Positions 1 to 8,909 of a stretch of DNA of 64,000 nt are shown here, piece after piece. Numbering within the stretch: position 1 is the stretch's first letter; every line of letters begins with the position of its first letter. Below the pieces are notes generated by a model. It had not been told where the DNA came from. It saw only the letters and a list, made by a program, of their open reading frames with translations, and did no database searches. The DNA lies in IMG/VR virus record IMGVR_UViG_3300008113_000003, positions 142,297 through 206,296 of that record. One strand, written 5' to 3'. The position numbers were made by a program, and so were the translations under genes.

Positions 1-1220
1 GGGTCTTCAATACTTTTAGCCATCAACATCATTGGGTCGCTAAAATAAAAAGCAAATTTACCGCCAAGTAATCTGGCTGTTGCAGCCGCCTCAATTGCTG
101 TTTCTGGATCAGTAAAAGCGTCTTTAAACGCCCCTACACTTTTTTTAACATCAATTCTAGCTTTTTGGGTTTTGATAATTAGTTTGGTCATACCTTCTAA
201 ACCCTTCTCAATACCAAAACCAGTTAATTCAACAACCAATTCACCAGCTTTCTTAAGAATCGTTGTTTGGTTTTGAGAAACCGACATTGATTTGTTTCTA
301 ACAAAATCGGTGAATTTTAATGTTCTGTCTAAAGAATATCCAAGGTTTTCAAAATTACCTATAAGTTCACCAGCAGCATCAACACCAAGCCCTGTACCTA
401 AACCTAGCTCAATTATTGATTTAAATTCAGTACCACTAAAAACTCTATTCCTGTTTGTTAATCTATTATAGGCATCGTAAGCCTCACCAACTTGCTCAAT
501 GGTACCACCAACATCTAAAACTTCGTTCATTATTGTTGGCATCTGATCTAAAAAATTTTTAGATTCACTTGCAATTAAGCCAGAGTCAGCCGCAACACGA
601 CCAACCAATCTTTGCATTTCTAAAAATTTTTCATAAACCGCAGCAACCCCAAATTCAAAATCAAGTAAATTTTTTGCAAAAGAAAAAGCAACTTTTACGA
701 TACTTAAAGCTACTCTAAATAAAGCTTTTAAAGCACTCCACGCTAATTTAGCAACAAGCATTATTATTACCACATATGGGTTACCACCTTTGGCGCTTGA
801 TTGAACAGAATCAGCAACGTCATCCATTGCATCTTTAATATTTTTTTCAATTTCAAGTTGTACCCTTTTTTTAAATAGCTCTTGGCTTAATTGCGTTTTA
901 TTATCTTTTATCGCCTCGTTTTCTTTTTCTTTAAAAAGGTTTATTTGATCTTGAAGAAATATTAAATTTTCCTTTCTTTTTTGTCTTTCTTTATATAGTT
1001 TATGTTTTTCAGCTTGGATTCTTTTAAAATAAGCGTATAAACCCTCATTCTTAGAATCCCATCTATACATTTCTTTTTTCTGGGCAATAGCATCGTTATA
1101 CGCATCAATTACATCTTGTACGTACCCCTCAATCATTTGTTGTGAATCGGTTGAAGCTGCTGTGTTAACTTGCAACTTTTTAACCATTTCATCTATCGCT
1201 GATGCTATATCCCCTTGCAT
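1..1220 (-). CDS. Tape measure protein, N-terminal part (runs off the window start; missing from the ORF track)
   Basis: Manual translation from ATG at 1220 (MQGDIASAIDEMVKKLQ...) is open to position 1. It is helical and Ala/Gly/Lys-rich and lies downstream of the tube and chaperone genes. Confidence 0.65.
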   Translation of the reverse strand, partial: MQGDIASAIDEMVKKLQVNTAASTDSQQMIEGYVQDVIDAYNDAIAQKKEMYRWDSKNEGLYAYFKRIQAEKHKLYKERQKRKENLIFLQDQINLFKEKENEAIKDNKTQLSQELFKKRVQLEIEKNIKDAMDDVADSVQSSAKGGNPYVVIIMLVAKLAWSALKALFRVALSIVKVAFSFAKNLLDFEFGVAAVYEKFLEMQRLVGRVAADSGLIASESKNFLDQMPTIMNEVLDVGGTIEQVGEAYDAYNRLTNRNRVFSGTEFKSIIELGLGTGLGVDAAGELIGNFENLGYSLDRTLKFTDFVRNKSMSVSQNQTTILKKAGELVVELTGFGIEKGLEGMTKLIIKTQKARIDVKKSVGAFKDAFTDPETAIEAAATARLLGGKFAFYFSDPMMLMAKSIED

Positions 1221-1222
1221 TA

Positions 1223-1981
1223 TTAATAAGTAACAATTATCTGGCCACCACTTTTTCTAATATTTCTTATTTTTTTTGGTAGCGCTTTATTAACAAAATC
1301 CAAATTACTTCTATCATTAAAATAGGCTATAATTTTGTCTATTGTTGACGGTAATATATTATTGATCTCTACTTTCCTCGTAACTTTTTGTTTATTTGTG
1401 TGTATAACAATCGTGTTATTTAAAGTATGTACTCTAATATCATCTGGGTTATTTGGGTCCACATTTATTTTTACTTGTGTTTTTGTAAAATCATCCGATA
1501 AAAGCGCTCTTAAATTTTTATTATTTAAGTGTATTAAATTTTTATCATACTTAAGTTTAACGTCCTGATATTTCTTTTTATCAACAAAATATGCTATTGT
1601 AATAATAATTGCCGCTAAATCCTCACCATCACCCAAAACACTTTTATCATACATTAATGTGTACGAGCTAATATTTCTATAGTGTTTACCAGCAATTTTT
1701 AATAAGTGGTCTTCGGCTTTATCTAAATAAGCATCAGCCCTATTAGCGCTAACTTGCGCTTGAACATTTGCTTTTATGTCAGGTCCACCAACATTTGGGT
1801 CATTTTGTGAATCTTCTTCAGATTTTGCTATAAACTCTTGGAAGCTTAAAGGTTTTACATTAGTCATATCTTCGTTTGGTAAATCCTTAAACTTAACTTT
1901 ACTACTCCAAGGCCAACTTATCTCACTAAGATTCTCAACTATCTTTTCTAATTGAGCTTCTGTTATAACATATTTTTTCAT
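1223..1981 (-). CDS. Hypothetical protein, probably virion/head-associated
   Basis: 252-aa ORF with N-terminal MKKYVITEAQLEKIVENLSE (I/L-x-E motifs) and an upstream TATTTATA motif. Confidence 0.55.
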   Translation of the reverse strand: MKKYVITEAQLEKIVENLSEISWPWSSKVKFKDLPNEDMTNVKPLSFQEFIAKSEEDSQNDPNVGGPDIKANVQAQVSANRADAYLDKAEDHLLKIAGKHYRNISSYTLMYDKSVLGDGEDLAAIIITIAYFVDKKKYQDVKLKYDKNLIHLNNKNLRALLSDDFTKTQVKINVDPNNPDDIRVHTLNNTIVIHTNKQKVTRKVEINNILPSTIDKIIAYFNDRSNLDFVNKALPKKIRNIRKSGGQIIVTY

Positions 1982-1994
1982 AAACGTATTTTAA

Positions 1995-2002
1995 TATAAA
2001 TA
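1995..2002 (-). promoter_or_regulatory. Candidate late promoter TATTTATA
   Basis: Motif 13 nt upstream of the ATG at 1981; the same motif recurs before about 12 structural genes. Confidence 0.55.
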
Positions 2003-2013
2003 TCGAATAAAAC

Positions 2014-2041
2014 AAAAAACCCACCTTGATAGTGGGTTTTA
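2014..2041 (-). terminator. Rho-independent terminator after the tail chaperone genes
   Basis: AAAACCCAC/GTGGGTTTT stem with a T-run on the minus strand. Confidence 0.7.
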
Positions 2042-2042
2042 T

Positions 2043-2291
2043 TTATCTTCTTCCAGCTTTCGCTTTATTCATCTCTCTTTCTCTTGCTTCTTTTATTTTT
2101 TCGTTTTCTTCCATCAAGATATCAATAAATTTCCTTCTCTCAAAAACTGGCATAACCATTACGTCTGAATAAGTAAAATTAGCATGCTTAACCAATATGT
2201 ACGATTCGTACATCATTTGGTTTCTATACTCATACGTAAGGCCAAAGAAATTTGGCTGTAATAGGAAGTTCACCAAAAAAAAACTCTCCAC
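2043..2291 (-). CDS. Small tail assembly chaperone / baseplate-hub assembly protein (T4 gp51-like, GT-like second ORF); in-frame ATG at 2216
   Basis: ESYILVKHANFTYSDVMVMPVFERRKFIDIL pattern; overlaps the 3' end of the upstream chaperone in the +1 frame. Confidence 0.6.
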   Translation of the reverse strand: MESFFLVNFLLQPNFFGLTYEYRNQMMYESYILVKHANFTYSDVMVMPVFERRKFIDILMEENEKIKEAREREMNKAKAGRR

Positions 2292-2988
2292 TTGGAGCTT
2301 CTACATTAATGGTCAAATCAAGACCTGGTTCGTTATCTGATAAGTGCTTCCTAAATTCAGCAGAATCCATTGGTGACATAGTGTCAATGAACTGGGCAAT
2401 TGCAGCCTTTTCTCTAATACCATCAACTTCAGTGATTTGACTTTGTAATCTAAGTGTCATCAATTGGCTAATAGCGTTTGAACCCATCTTTTTGGTTCTT
2501 GCCTGATCCTCTTTAACCAATTTATCATCCTCATCAGATGTCAAATATCTAAACTTAACTGTTTTCTTACACTTTGGTAGTGTAAATGAACATTCACCGT
2601 TTTCATCTGGTTGTAAACTATTTTCTTTTGTTGGTAATTGACTAATATCAATATCCTCGATAAATTTTTCCCCTGTTTTAGGGTCTGTTAATTCCACTGG
2701 GTAAATTTCACCATAACCTGTGGCTCTCAAAAAGAAGATAATAGCGTTTCTATCACCTGGTAATAATTGTCCAGCTTTGATATCTTTATCTAAAATCTTT
2801 TTTTCCAATAAAATATCTAACACCTTACCACTTTGCAATAAGTTTGGTGATGTCAAAATGTTTTCATCAGCAGCGGTCATATACGCAACCTTAATGGTGT
2901 CTTTTTTATTTTTGTAAAATTTACCACCTGAAGGTAAACCAATTACGTCATGTGCTGGTTCAAAGTAAACTTGTTGTCCGTTATCCAT
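2230..2988 (-). CDS. Tail assembly chaperone / baseplate hub assembly protein (T4 gp26-like)
   Basis: LPSGGKFY...MTAADENILTSPNL...DRNAIIFFLRATGYG pattern; lies between tube and tape measure genes. Confidence 0.7.
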   Translation of the reverse strand: MDNGQQVYFEPAHDVIGLPSGGKFYKNKKDTIKVAYMTAADENILTSPNLLQSGKVLDILLEKKILDKDIKAGQLLPGDRNAIIFFLRATGYGEIYPVELTDPKTGEKFIEDIDISQLPTKENSLQPDENGECSFTLPKCKKTVKFRYLTSDEDDKLVKEDQARTKKMGSNAISQLMTLRLQSQITEVDGIREKAAIAQFIDTMSPMDSAEFRKHLSDNEPGLDLTINVEAPSGEFFFGELPITAKFLWPYV

Positions 2989-3104
2989 ATTTCTTATTTA
3001 TTTAAATTAATTATAGTACATTATTAAATAGTGTAAACGGTATTTTTTTCAAAATTTACCCTTTACTCGTTTTTTGACGGTACTTATTATAATAATACGC
3101 ACAT

Positions 3105-3506
3105 ATGACCAAAAAGAAAAGAAAAATTGGAAAATTATTTAAAAAAATGGGTGGTACCTCAAATCTTGAAGTATCTTTTGCTGAAATACTTACAAGTTTA
3201 GGTGTTAAATTTGAACAACATTTTGTCTTTAAGAAGAGAGAATTTGATTTTTTATTAACCGAACACAACATTTTAGTTGAAACTCATGGTTGTTTTTTTC
3301 ATTGTTGTAAAAAACACAATCCAGAGCCAAAATACGCCTTTCAAAGAAGAAACTTAAAGAATGATCAGTATAAGGTTAAAATCGTCAAATTTGACCTAAC
3401 ATACACCTTGTTGGTCATTTGGGAACATGAGTTGGATAAAGAGAAGGTGCTAACCGAAAGAATTAACACTTTTATTGAAAAGCACAGCAAATTGCTTAAT
3501 GGATAA
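3105..3506 (+). CDS. Vsr/DUF559-like PD-(D/E)XK endonuclease
   Basis: FDFLL...LVETHGCFFHC...RNLKNDQYK...LLVIWEHE matches the Vsr-type HGCFWH / RN..RD / VIWE pattern. Confidence 0.75.
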   Translation: MTKKKRKIGKLFKKMGGTSNLEVSFAEILTSLGVKFEQHFVFKKREFDFLLTEHNILVETHGCFFHCCKKHNPEPKYAFQRRNLKNDQYKVKIVKFDLTYTLLVIWEHELDKEKVLTERINTFIEKHSKLLNG

Positions 3507-3537
3507 AAAAAAAGGGGTCGCATAGCGTCCCCTCTTT
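3506..3537. terminator. Bidirectional terminator between the convergent endonuclease and tube genes
   Basis: A-run, AGGGGTCGC/GCGTCCCCT stem, then CTTT. Confidence 0.65.
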
Positions 3538-3557
3538 GTAAAATGTAATTGCAAATC

Positions 3558-4046
3558 TTAGTAAACCAATATACAACGGTCCATTCTTAATGTTGCGGTG
3601 ATATCTGCGATTTCGTCATCGCTGTATTCTAACGATCCAAAGTCAACGTTGGTCATAAATGTACCTTGAAGGATCCATTTTTCCACAACAACACCTGTTG
3701 GATCAAGCATTTCTAATTCAATATCTTTTTTATAACCAGCAGCGTAACCCATTCTACCTGTTACAGATTCAGCGTGTAGACGAACCCATTCCATTAATGC
3801 TTGAGCAGCTGAAGGACCAATAGGGTCTTTAAACGTAACGTCAATAGCATCCCAAGTAAATCTACCAGCAACCCAAGTAGATGTATTTAAGAAAGGAATC
3901 TCAACTTCGTTTATTGCAATTTTTGGTCTTGACGTAGAGATTACAAACCACTCGTTAATTCCAAGTGAGCTTGGGAATCTTAAAATAAACCTGTTCTTTC
4001 TTTTTGGTTCGTAAGGAACAGGCATTTTCATTAATAAGTTAGCCAT
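3558..4046 (-). CDS. gp19: Tail tube protein (T4 gp19-like)
   Basis: YEPKRKNRFILRFP...GRFTWDAIDVTFKDPIGPS...EKWILQGTF...FGSLEYSDDEIADITATLRMD; follows the sheath gene. Confidence 0.92.
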   Translation of the reverse strand: MANLLMKMPVPYEPKRKNRFILRFPSSLGINEWFVISTSRPKIAINEVEIPFLNTSTWVAGRFTWDAIDVTFKDPIGPSAAQALMEWVRLHAESVTGRMGYAAGYKKDIELEMLDPTGVVVEKWILQGTFMTNVDFGSLEYSDDEIADITATLRMDRCILVY

Positions 4047-4082
4047 ATTTTTTCTTTATTTAATTTTGTTTTATTGTTTATT

Positions 4083-4090
4083 AATAAATA
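4083..4090 (-). promoter_or_regulatory. Candidate late promoter (TATTTATT) for the tube gene
   Basis: GATATTTATT on the sense strand, 36 nt upstream of the ATG. Confidence 0.5.
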
Positions 4091-4139
4091 TCTTTGTTTT
4101 TGCTTTTGTACACCTTTTTAAAAAAATATTTCAAAATAC

Positions 4140-4170
4140 TTGACTTTTGCCTGTTTTTATCTTATTTTTG
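4140..4170 (+). promoter_or_regulatory. Bacteroidota-type sigma70 promoter (TTG...TATTTTTG) with no downstream gene
   Basis: TAnnTTTG at 4163-4170 with TTG 20 nt upstream; it points toward the 3' end of the sheath gene. Confidence 0.35.
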
Positions 4171-4310
4171 TTAAGGGTCTTAACCAAAGTACTCTATTCT
4201 TATAGTACTATAATATAATACTTATTATATTCTATTCTATATATGTACTATATATTATTTTTTCTTTGTTACTTTCTTTTTTACCGTTAGCGGAAAACCA
4301 CCTGTGGTAA

Positions 4311-4348
4311 AAAAATATGGGGGTACTATTAAGGCACCCCCAGTTTTA
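4311..4348. terminator. Terminator after the sheath gene (possibly bidirectional)
   Basis: GGGGGT(AC)...(GC)ACCCCC stem at 4319-4341, with T-runs on both strands. Confidence 0.7.
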
Positions 4349-7300
4349 TTATATGTTATCGAATGATACGTTTTGTGGAGTTACTGTAAATTCAAGTTCA
4401 ATGAATTCCAAAGTAGGTGTTGGTTTGATAAAGATTTTACCTTTTAAAGTATTTCTATCGTTATCTTCAACGTCCATTGCAACGCTAACTCTAAAGTCTG
4501 TTAAACCTCTTTCTTTTCTGATGTTATCCAAGATTGGGTTAACCAAAGACAAGAATTGATTTCTAACTGTGGTATCATTTGGATCGAATAATAATCTCTT
4601 AGATACACTCATGATCAATCTTCTCGCTTGTAACAACAATCTTCTGATGTTCAATCTATCAAGAGCACTTGATTTAACCTGCAAGTTTCTGTTACCCCAG
4701 ATAACAACCCCAACGTCTGAATAAGTCGCTAATGGGTTAATTCTACCTGGATATAAAATATCTCTTGCTTCTTGGTCAAGAACTATACGAGCTCTATTAC
4801 ATTTAACTAAACCTCTATTGTAACCAGCAGTTGCAAACCAAGGGAACGCTACGTTATCTGTATAAGCCATATTTCTTACTACCTCAGCAGTAGGTGGGAT
4901 ATACAAGTTTGCGTTATTGTCTGTATCTGTGATTTGTATCCAAGGATAGTAAACCGCAGTGTAGTTAGAATCGATGTCAGTGTTTTCTAATTCATCAACG
5001 ATATCTTCAGCAAAATACCAGTTTTCAGTATCTGATGGGTTGTTGTTGTTTAACAACTTGATATCAGGTAATGTTGGTAAATAAATCGCATCCAATCTCT
5101 TTTCTTCAACAACTTCAATAGCGTCTCTAACCAAATCAGTGTTGTTTAACACGTCAATACCAGGAGTTGCCAAGATGTTGATAGCGGTTTCTTCTGGGTT
5201 TTGGAATGTTCTGATACCGTACATTGTTGCATAGTAGTCAGAAGTACCGAATAACTCAGCGTACTCAACATTTGTAAATGTATCGAATGTACCAGCTACG
5301 AAACCAGTTCTACCGATTTTGTACTCATCTGTGTTTGTTCTGTTAACTCTATAAGCATCCCAACCATCAAAACCACCAGCAAATAAAGCTGTGAATTTTC
5401 TTGTTCTCATGTTATTATAAGGGTGAGTTGTTGTTCCGTCAACCACAATTGGGTCAACAAATGAAGCAACACCAACCGCAAAAACTTGTTCTCCAGTAAC
5501 AGAGTCAACAATGGTACTAGCATTGATATCCATGTGGAAACCTTTTGTTTTTGTTGTATAATCATCACCAGTATTGTAGGCGTTGTCACCTAAGATACTA
5601 ATTTTACCTTTAAACAATAATAGGTCTTTATCAAATCCAAATTGGCTTGAGAAACCTAAATAGTTTTTAGTTACTCTATCACCACTAGAAACTGTAGCAT
5701 TAGCAAATGGTGGGTTGTAAATTGTGTCACCAGGTGCATAATATTTCAATTTGTAAGGCATTTCAGGAACAGCTGTTGCTGTGTAACCACTAGCACTATT
5801 TGTTCTAAATTCGTAACCTTCAAAACCAGCTGGTACACCATCAGTTGGTGCGTTTACAGCCATTTCAAGAACAACATAAGCGCTCTTTAATGGGTATTTG
5901 TTATCAATTGTACCTATTTTTCTACCAACGAAATTGTCTAATGACTCATCCATCGTACAATCAACAAATTTTTCAATTATTGATACAGCTCTATCTGTGT
6001 CGCTAAATGATCTGATGTAGATATCAAAAGTTTTCTTAGATAAATCAACATTAGCGATTGAAGCTTTGATTTCAGTGTTAGCACTTGTACCGTCAGAAAT
6101 TGAAATTAATCTGAATAATCTTTGTGGTAAACCACCTCTTAACTCAGATACAAAGAAAGGTGTTACTGGTGATTGATATTGGAATCTATAGTGATCCCAG
6201 TTATTAACAGATGTTAATTCACTGTATAAACCTTTAATTTTACCACTTAACCAACCAAATTTCAGAGAGTTATCATAAACTTCCTCAACATAGATTTGAG
6301 AATCTTTGTCAGATGGTGTAGTACCGATTACTTTTTTGATATAGTTAGATTTTGTGCTATCTAAAGAAACTGTATAAGAGAATGTACCGCCAGTTGGGTT
6401 TGCTGTTGTACCAGTTAAATCAAAAGCTAAATATGGGTCGTTAACAACACCTGTTGGAGCGACCATATCTAATGAATTAACTTTATAACCTAACACATCT
6501 GAAGTGTAAGTACCTCTACTTCTAACGGTTGCAACGTTTTTGTTGTGACCTTCAGCGAAAGGATCAGCTGTTAACGTAACAGTGAACAATTCTAATTTAC
6601 CGTTAAGTGTGTGAGCACCAGCACCTGTAAATGTATGGCAATATAAAGCAAATGATGGTCCACTGTATGTCTCGGTAGCGGTATTGTACGCTAACTCATT
6701 ATTTAAAATATAAGCGTCTCTATCACTTGTTGGAACTGTGAACGGTAATTCATATGCGTCAATATAAACTGGGGTTATACCATGTGTAGCCGCATCAACC
6801 GTTAAATCAGTATCCATATCGTCAGTCAAAAGACCCCAATATAAAGCGTTTCCGTTATAGAAATCAGCATTAATGTAACTACCAACAGTTGTAAAGAATT
6901 GGTTAAACACGGTGTCAAAGTCAGTTGTAGCAACACCAGTTAAGTTAGCGATATAATCAATAAGATCGGTGTTACCAGAGTTACCAGTAACATAAAAACT
7001 ATTGTTATTCGTGTCAACTTTAAAATTAATGGTTGTTTGTGTAATACCAGTGTGTGATAATGTTGATTCATCACATGCACCTAATGTTTTAATAACCCAA
7101 GCCATACCAGCATCATAGCCAGATAATCCTAAAAGTCTTGTAACATACAATTGGTTTGATTGTGTTAAATACTGTTTTGCTATGTATGGTAATTCATACT
7201 TAACAATTTGTGTATTTTTAAATTTTTCTGGATTAGTACCACCAAAAGTAGTCTTAAATTCATCAAAATTTCTGATGAATATTGGTTGGAACGCTGGACC

Positions 7301-7414
7301 CTTTAAGGTTTCACCCACTACACCTAATGTTGTAACACCAACTGTCTCAGTTGTGAATGTTAAATCTTTTTCGGTTGTGTAGACACCTGGAGATGCATAA
7401 ACTTTGTTTGCCAT
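4349..7414 (-). CDS. gp18: Contractile tail sheath protein (T4 gp18-like), 1021 aa with insertion domains
   Basis: N-terminal ASPGVYTTEKDLT; C-terminal YYPWIQI...PWFATAGYNRG...INPL...WGNRNLQ...ALDRLNIRRLL...PTLEFIELEF. Confidence 0.95.
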   Translation of the reverse strand: MANKVYASPGVYTTEKDLTFTTETVGVTTLGVVGETLKGPAFQPIFIRNFDEFKTTFGGTNPEKFKNTQIVKYELPYIAKQYLTQSNQLYVTRLLGLSGYDAGMAWVIKTLGACDESTLSHTGITQTTINFKVDTNNNSFYVTGNSGNTDLIDYIANLTGVATTDFDTVFNQFFTTVGSYINADFYNGNALYWGLLTDDMDTDLTVDAATHGITPVYIDAYELPFTVPTSDRDAYILNNELAYNTATETYSGPSFALYCHTFTGAGAHTLNGKLELFTVTLTADPFAEGHNKNVATVRSRGTYTSDVLGYKVNSLDMVAPTGVVNDPYLAFDLTGTTANPTGGTFSYTVSLDSTKSNYIKKVIGTTPSDKDSQIYVEEVYDNSLKFGWLSGKIKGLYSELTSVNNWDHYRFQYQSPVTPFFVSELRGGLPQRLFRLISISDGTSANTEIKASIANVDLSKKTFDIYIRSFSDTDRAVSIIEKFVDCTMDESLDNFVGRKIGTIDNKYPLKSAYVVLEMAVNAPTDGVPAGFEGYEFRTNSASGYTATAVPEMPYKLKYYAPGDTIYNPPFANATVSSGDRVTKNYLGFSSQFGFDKDLLLFKGKISILGDNAYNTGDDYTTKTKGFHMDINASTIVDSVTGEQVFAVGVASFVDPIVVDGTTTHPYNNMRTRKFTALFAGGFDGWDAYRVNRTNTDEYKIGRTGFVAGTFDTFTNVEYAELFGTSDYYATMYGIRTFQNPEETAINILATPGIDVLNNTDLVRDAIEVVEEKRLDAIYLPTLPDIKLLNNNNPSDTENWYFAEDIVDELENTDIDSNYTAVYYPWIQITDTDNNANLYIPPTAEVVRNMAYTDNVAFPWFATAGYNRGLVKCNRARIVLDQEARDILYPGRINPLATYSDVGVVIWGNRNLQVKSSALDRLNIRRLLLQARRLIMSVSKRLLFDPNDTTVRNQFLSLVNPILDNIRKERGLTDFRVSVAMDVEDNDRNTLKGKIFIKPTPTLEFIELEFTVTPQNVSFDNI

Positions 7415-7450
7415 ATTTAGTTAATTTTATTTATTTAATTTTATCTTATT

Positions 7451-7458
7451 CATAAATA
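7451..7458 (-). promoter_or_regulatory. Candidate late promoter (TATTTATG) for the sheath gene
   Basis: GATATTTATG on the sense strand, 36 nt upstream of the ATG. Confidence 0.5.
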
Positions 7459-7517
7459 TCAGATTTTTTACCAAAAAACCAGAATACCTCTTCATTTTTA
7501 AAATTCTTTATTTATTT

Positions 7518-8285
7518 TTAAGTATTTTCCGTTATTGTAAAAGTTCTACTAATCGCTGGTGTTACAATATAATCATCGGGATCTGATATAAACCCTTGTA
7601 GGTTAAAATTGTATAACTGTACGTAAAACCTTTTATTATTAAGGTCAGTAACTTGACTTTCATCTGAAGAGTCTTCTAACACAATTGGTATATAGTGTCC
7701 GTTAACTACAGTATATGCCTGCCTGCTTTGAAAATTTTTTAAAACAGTGGCGTTAAATTTGTTTAGTTCTTGCTGTCTATAAGCAAAAATTCTAACATCA
7801 TAGGTAATATCAACTGGAATTGGTTGAGGTATTTTATAAACATCAACCCCCATTTTATTACCATCCCAAGTAGGTACTTCCGCATATGTATAATGTCTAC
7901 CAGTTGGTATATTATAAATCAAAGAAGGGTTTGTGCCGTATTTCGTATCTGGGTTTCTAACAATATTAACAAAAGGTATTTTTAAATTTTTATACTCATC
8001 TGAAAATTTCCATGTTTGTGAAAATTCGTTCCATTTTTGAATACCCATCATAAACACAGGGACTTTTTCACCATCAATTGAAATTGCCAATTGATTAGTT
8101 ACAAAATCTTTAAAACCCCTATCCAAATCAATATGCATAACACCTTTTGGTAGGTAGGTATCGTTGTTGATGATCATATCTTTCATATTTTCAGCAGCAC
8201 CGCTTTGCATTGAGTAAGGATACTCGATGTTAGCACGTTGTTGTGTTAGATTGATCTTCTTTTTAAATGAACCTGGTAAAGCCAT
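7518..8285 (-). CDS. Tail terminator / sheath completion protein (T4 gp15-like)
   Basis: PQPIPVDITYDVRIF...ELNKFN pattern; lies between neck and sheath genes. Confidence 0.6.
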   Translation of the reverse strand: MALPGSFKKKINLTQQRANIEYPYSMQSGAAENMKDMIINNDTYLPKGVMHIDLDRGFKDFVTNQLAISIDGEKVPVFMMGIQKWNEFSQTWKFSDEYKNLKIPFVNIVRNPDTKYGTNPSLIYNIPTGRHYTYAEVPTWDGNKMGVDVYKIPQPIPVDITYDVRIFAYRQQELNKFNATVLKNFQSRQAYTVVNGHYIPIVLEDSSDESQVTDLNNKRFYVQLYNFNLQGFISDPDDYIVTPAISRTFTITENT

Positions 8286-8287
8286 AA

Positions 8288-8809
8288 TTATACCCCTTTA
8301 AATACGTTAGGATCAACGTTTGTACATTTTATTCTTCTAAAATAACCAGAATAACCAAATTGAGTACTTGGGTTATCCGTATTTACAGTATCGTCATCAA
8401 ACACAGTAAAATATTTAAAATTATTTTGTCTGTCAGAATAACCGATAATATCACCGTAACTTATCTCAGCATTTTTTTCGTCAAGTTGTTTTTGTAAAAC
8501 AGTAAACTCAAGATTACCATAGTCTTGGTACCTTAAATTTCCGTTTGGTGAGTATGATTTATTTTCACCGTTTTCAAGGCTAAGTATAACTTTTAATTCA
8601 ACTGGTGATAAAAATCTAATATCGTTTACATTACTTTCACCGTAAACGTCATCCATTTGGGTGTTAACTCTGTCAACTCTAAATAAAACAACAGTAAAGT
8701 TCATGTCCCCCTCGATTAGTTCTGTTGCCATATCAAGCTCAAGTTGAAAATCCTCTTCATCGTAAAACCTATTCAACCTTGTATTTGGTATTCTAGTTTT
8801 TCTTTCCAT
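8288..8809 (-). CDS. Neck / head-closure protein (T4 gp14-like); likely start is the ATG at 8809, not 8821
   Basis: VLFRVDRVNTQMDDVYGE...ISYGDIIGY pattern; the ATG at 8821 overlaps the promoter motif. Confidence 0.6.
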   Translation of the reverse strand: MERKTRIPNTRLNRFYDEEDFQLELDMATELIEGDMNFTVVLFRVDRVNTQMDDVYGESNVNDIRFLSPVELKVILSLENGENKSYSPNGNLRYQDYGNLEFTVLQKQLDEKNAEISYGDIIGYSDRQNNFKYFTVFDDDTVNTDNPSTQFGYSGYFRRIKCTNVDPNVFKGV

Positions 8810-8820
8810 TGTTCTTTTCA

Positions 8821-8828
8821 TATAAATA
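8821..8828 (-). promoter_or_regulatory. Candidate late promoter TATTTATA
   Basis: 11 nt upstream of the ATG at 8809. Confidence 0.55.
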
Positions 8829-8909
8829 CTTTGATTTATTAATGAATTGACTTTGTCAGAAAAATTTATTATTATTAGATAATAATAAATTAAAGGAAAA
8901 GGAACGTAA

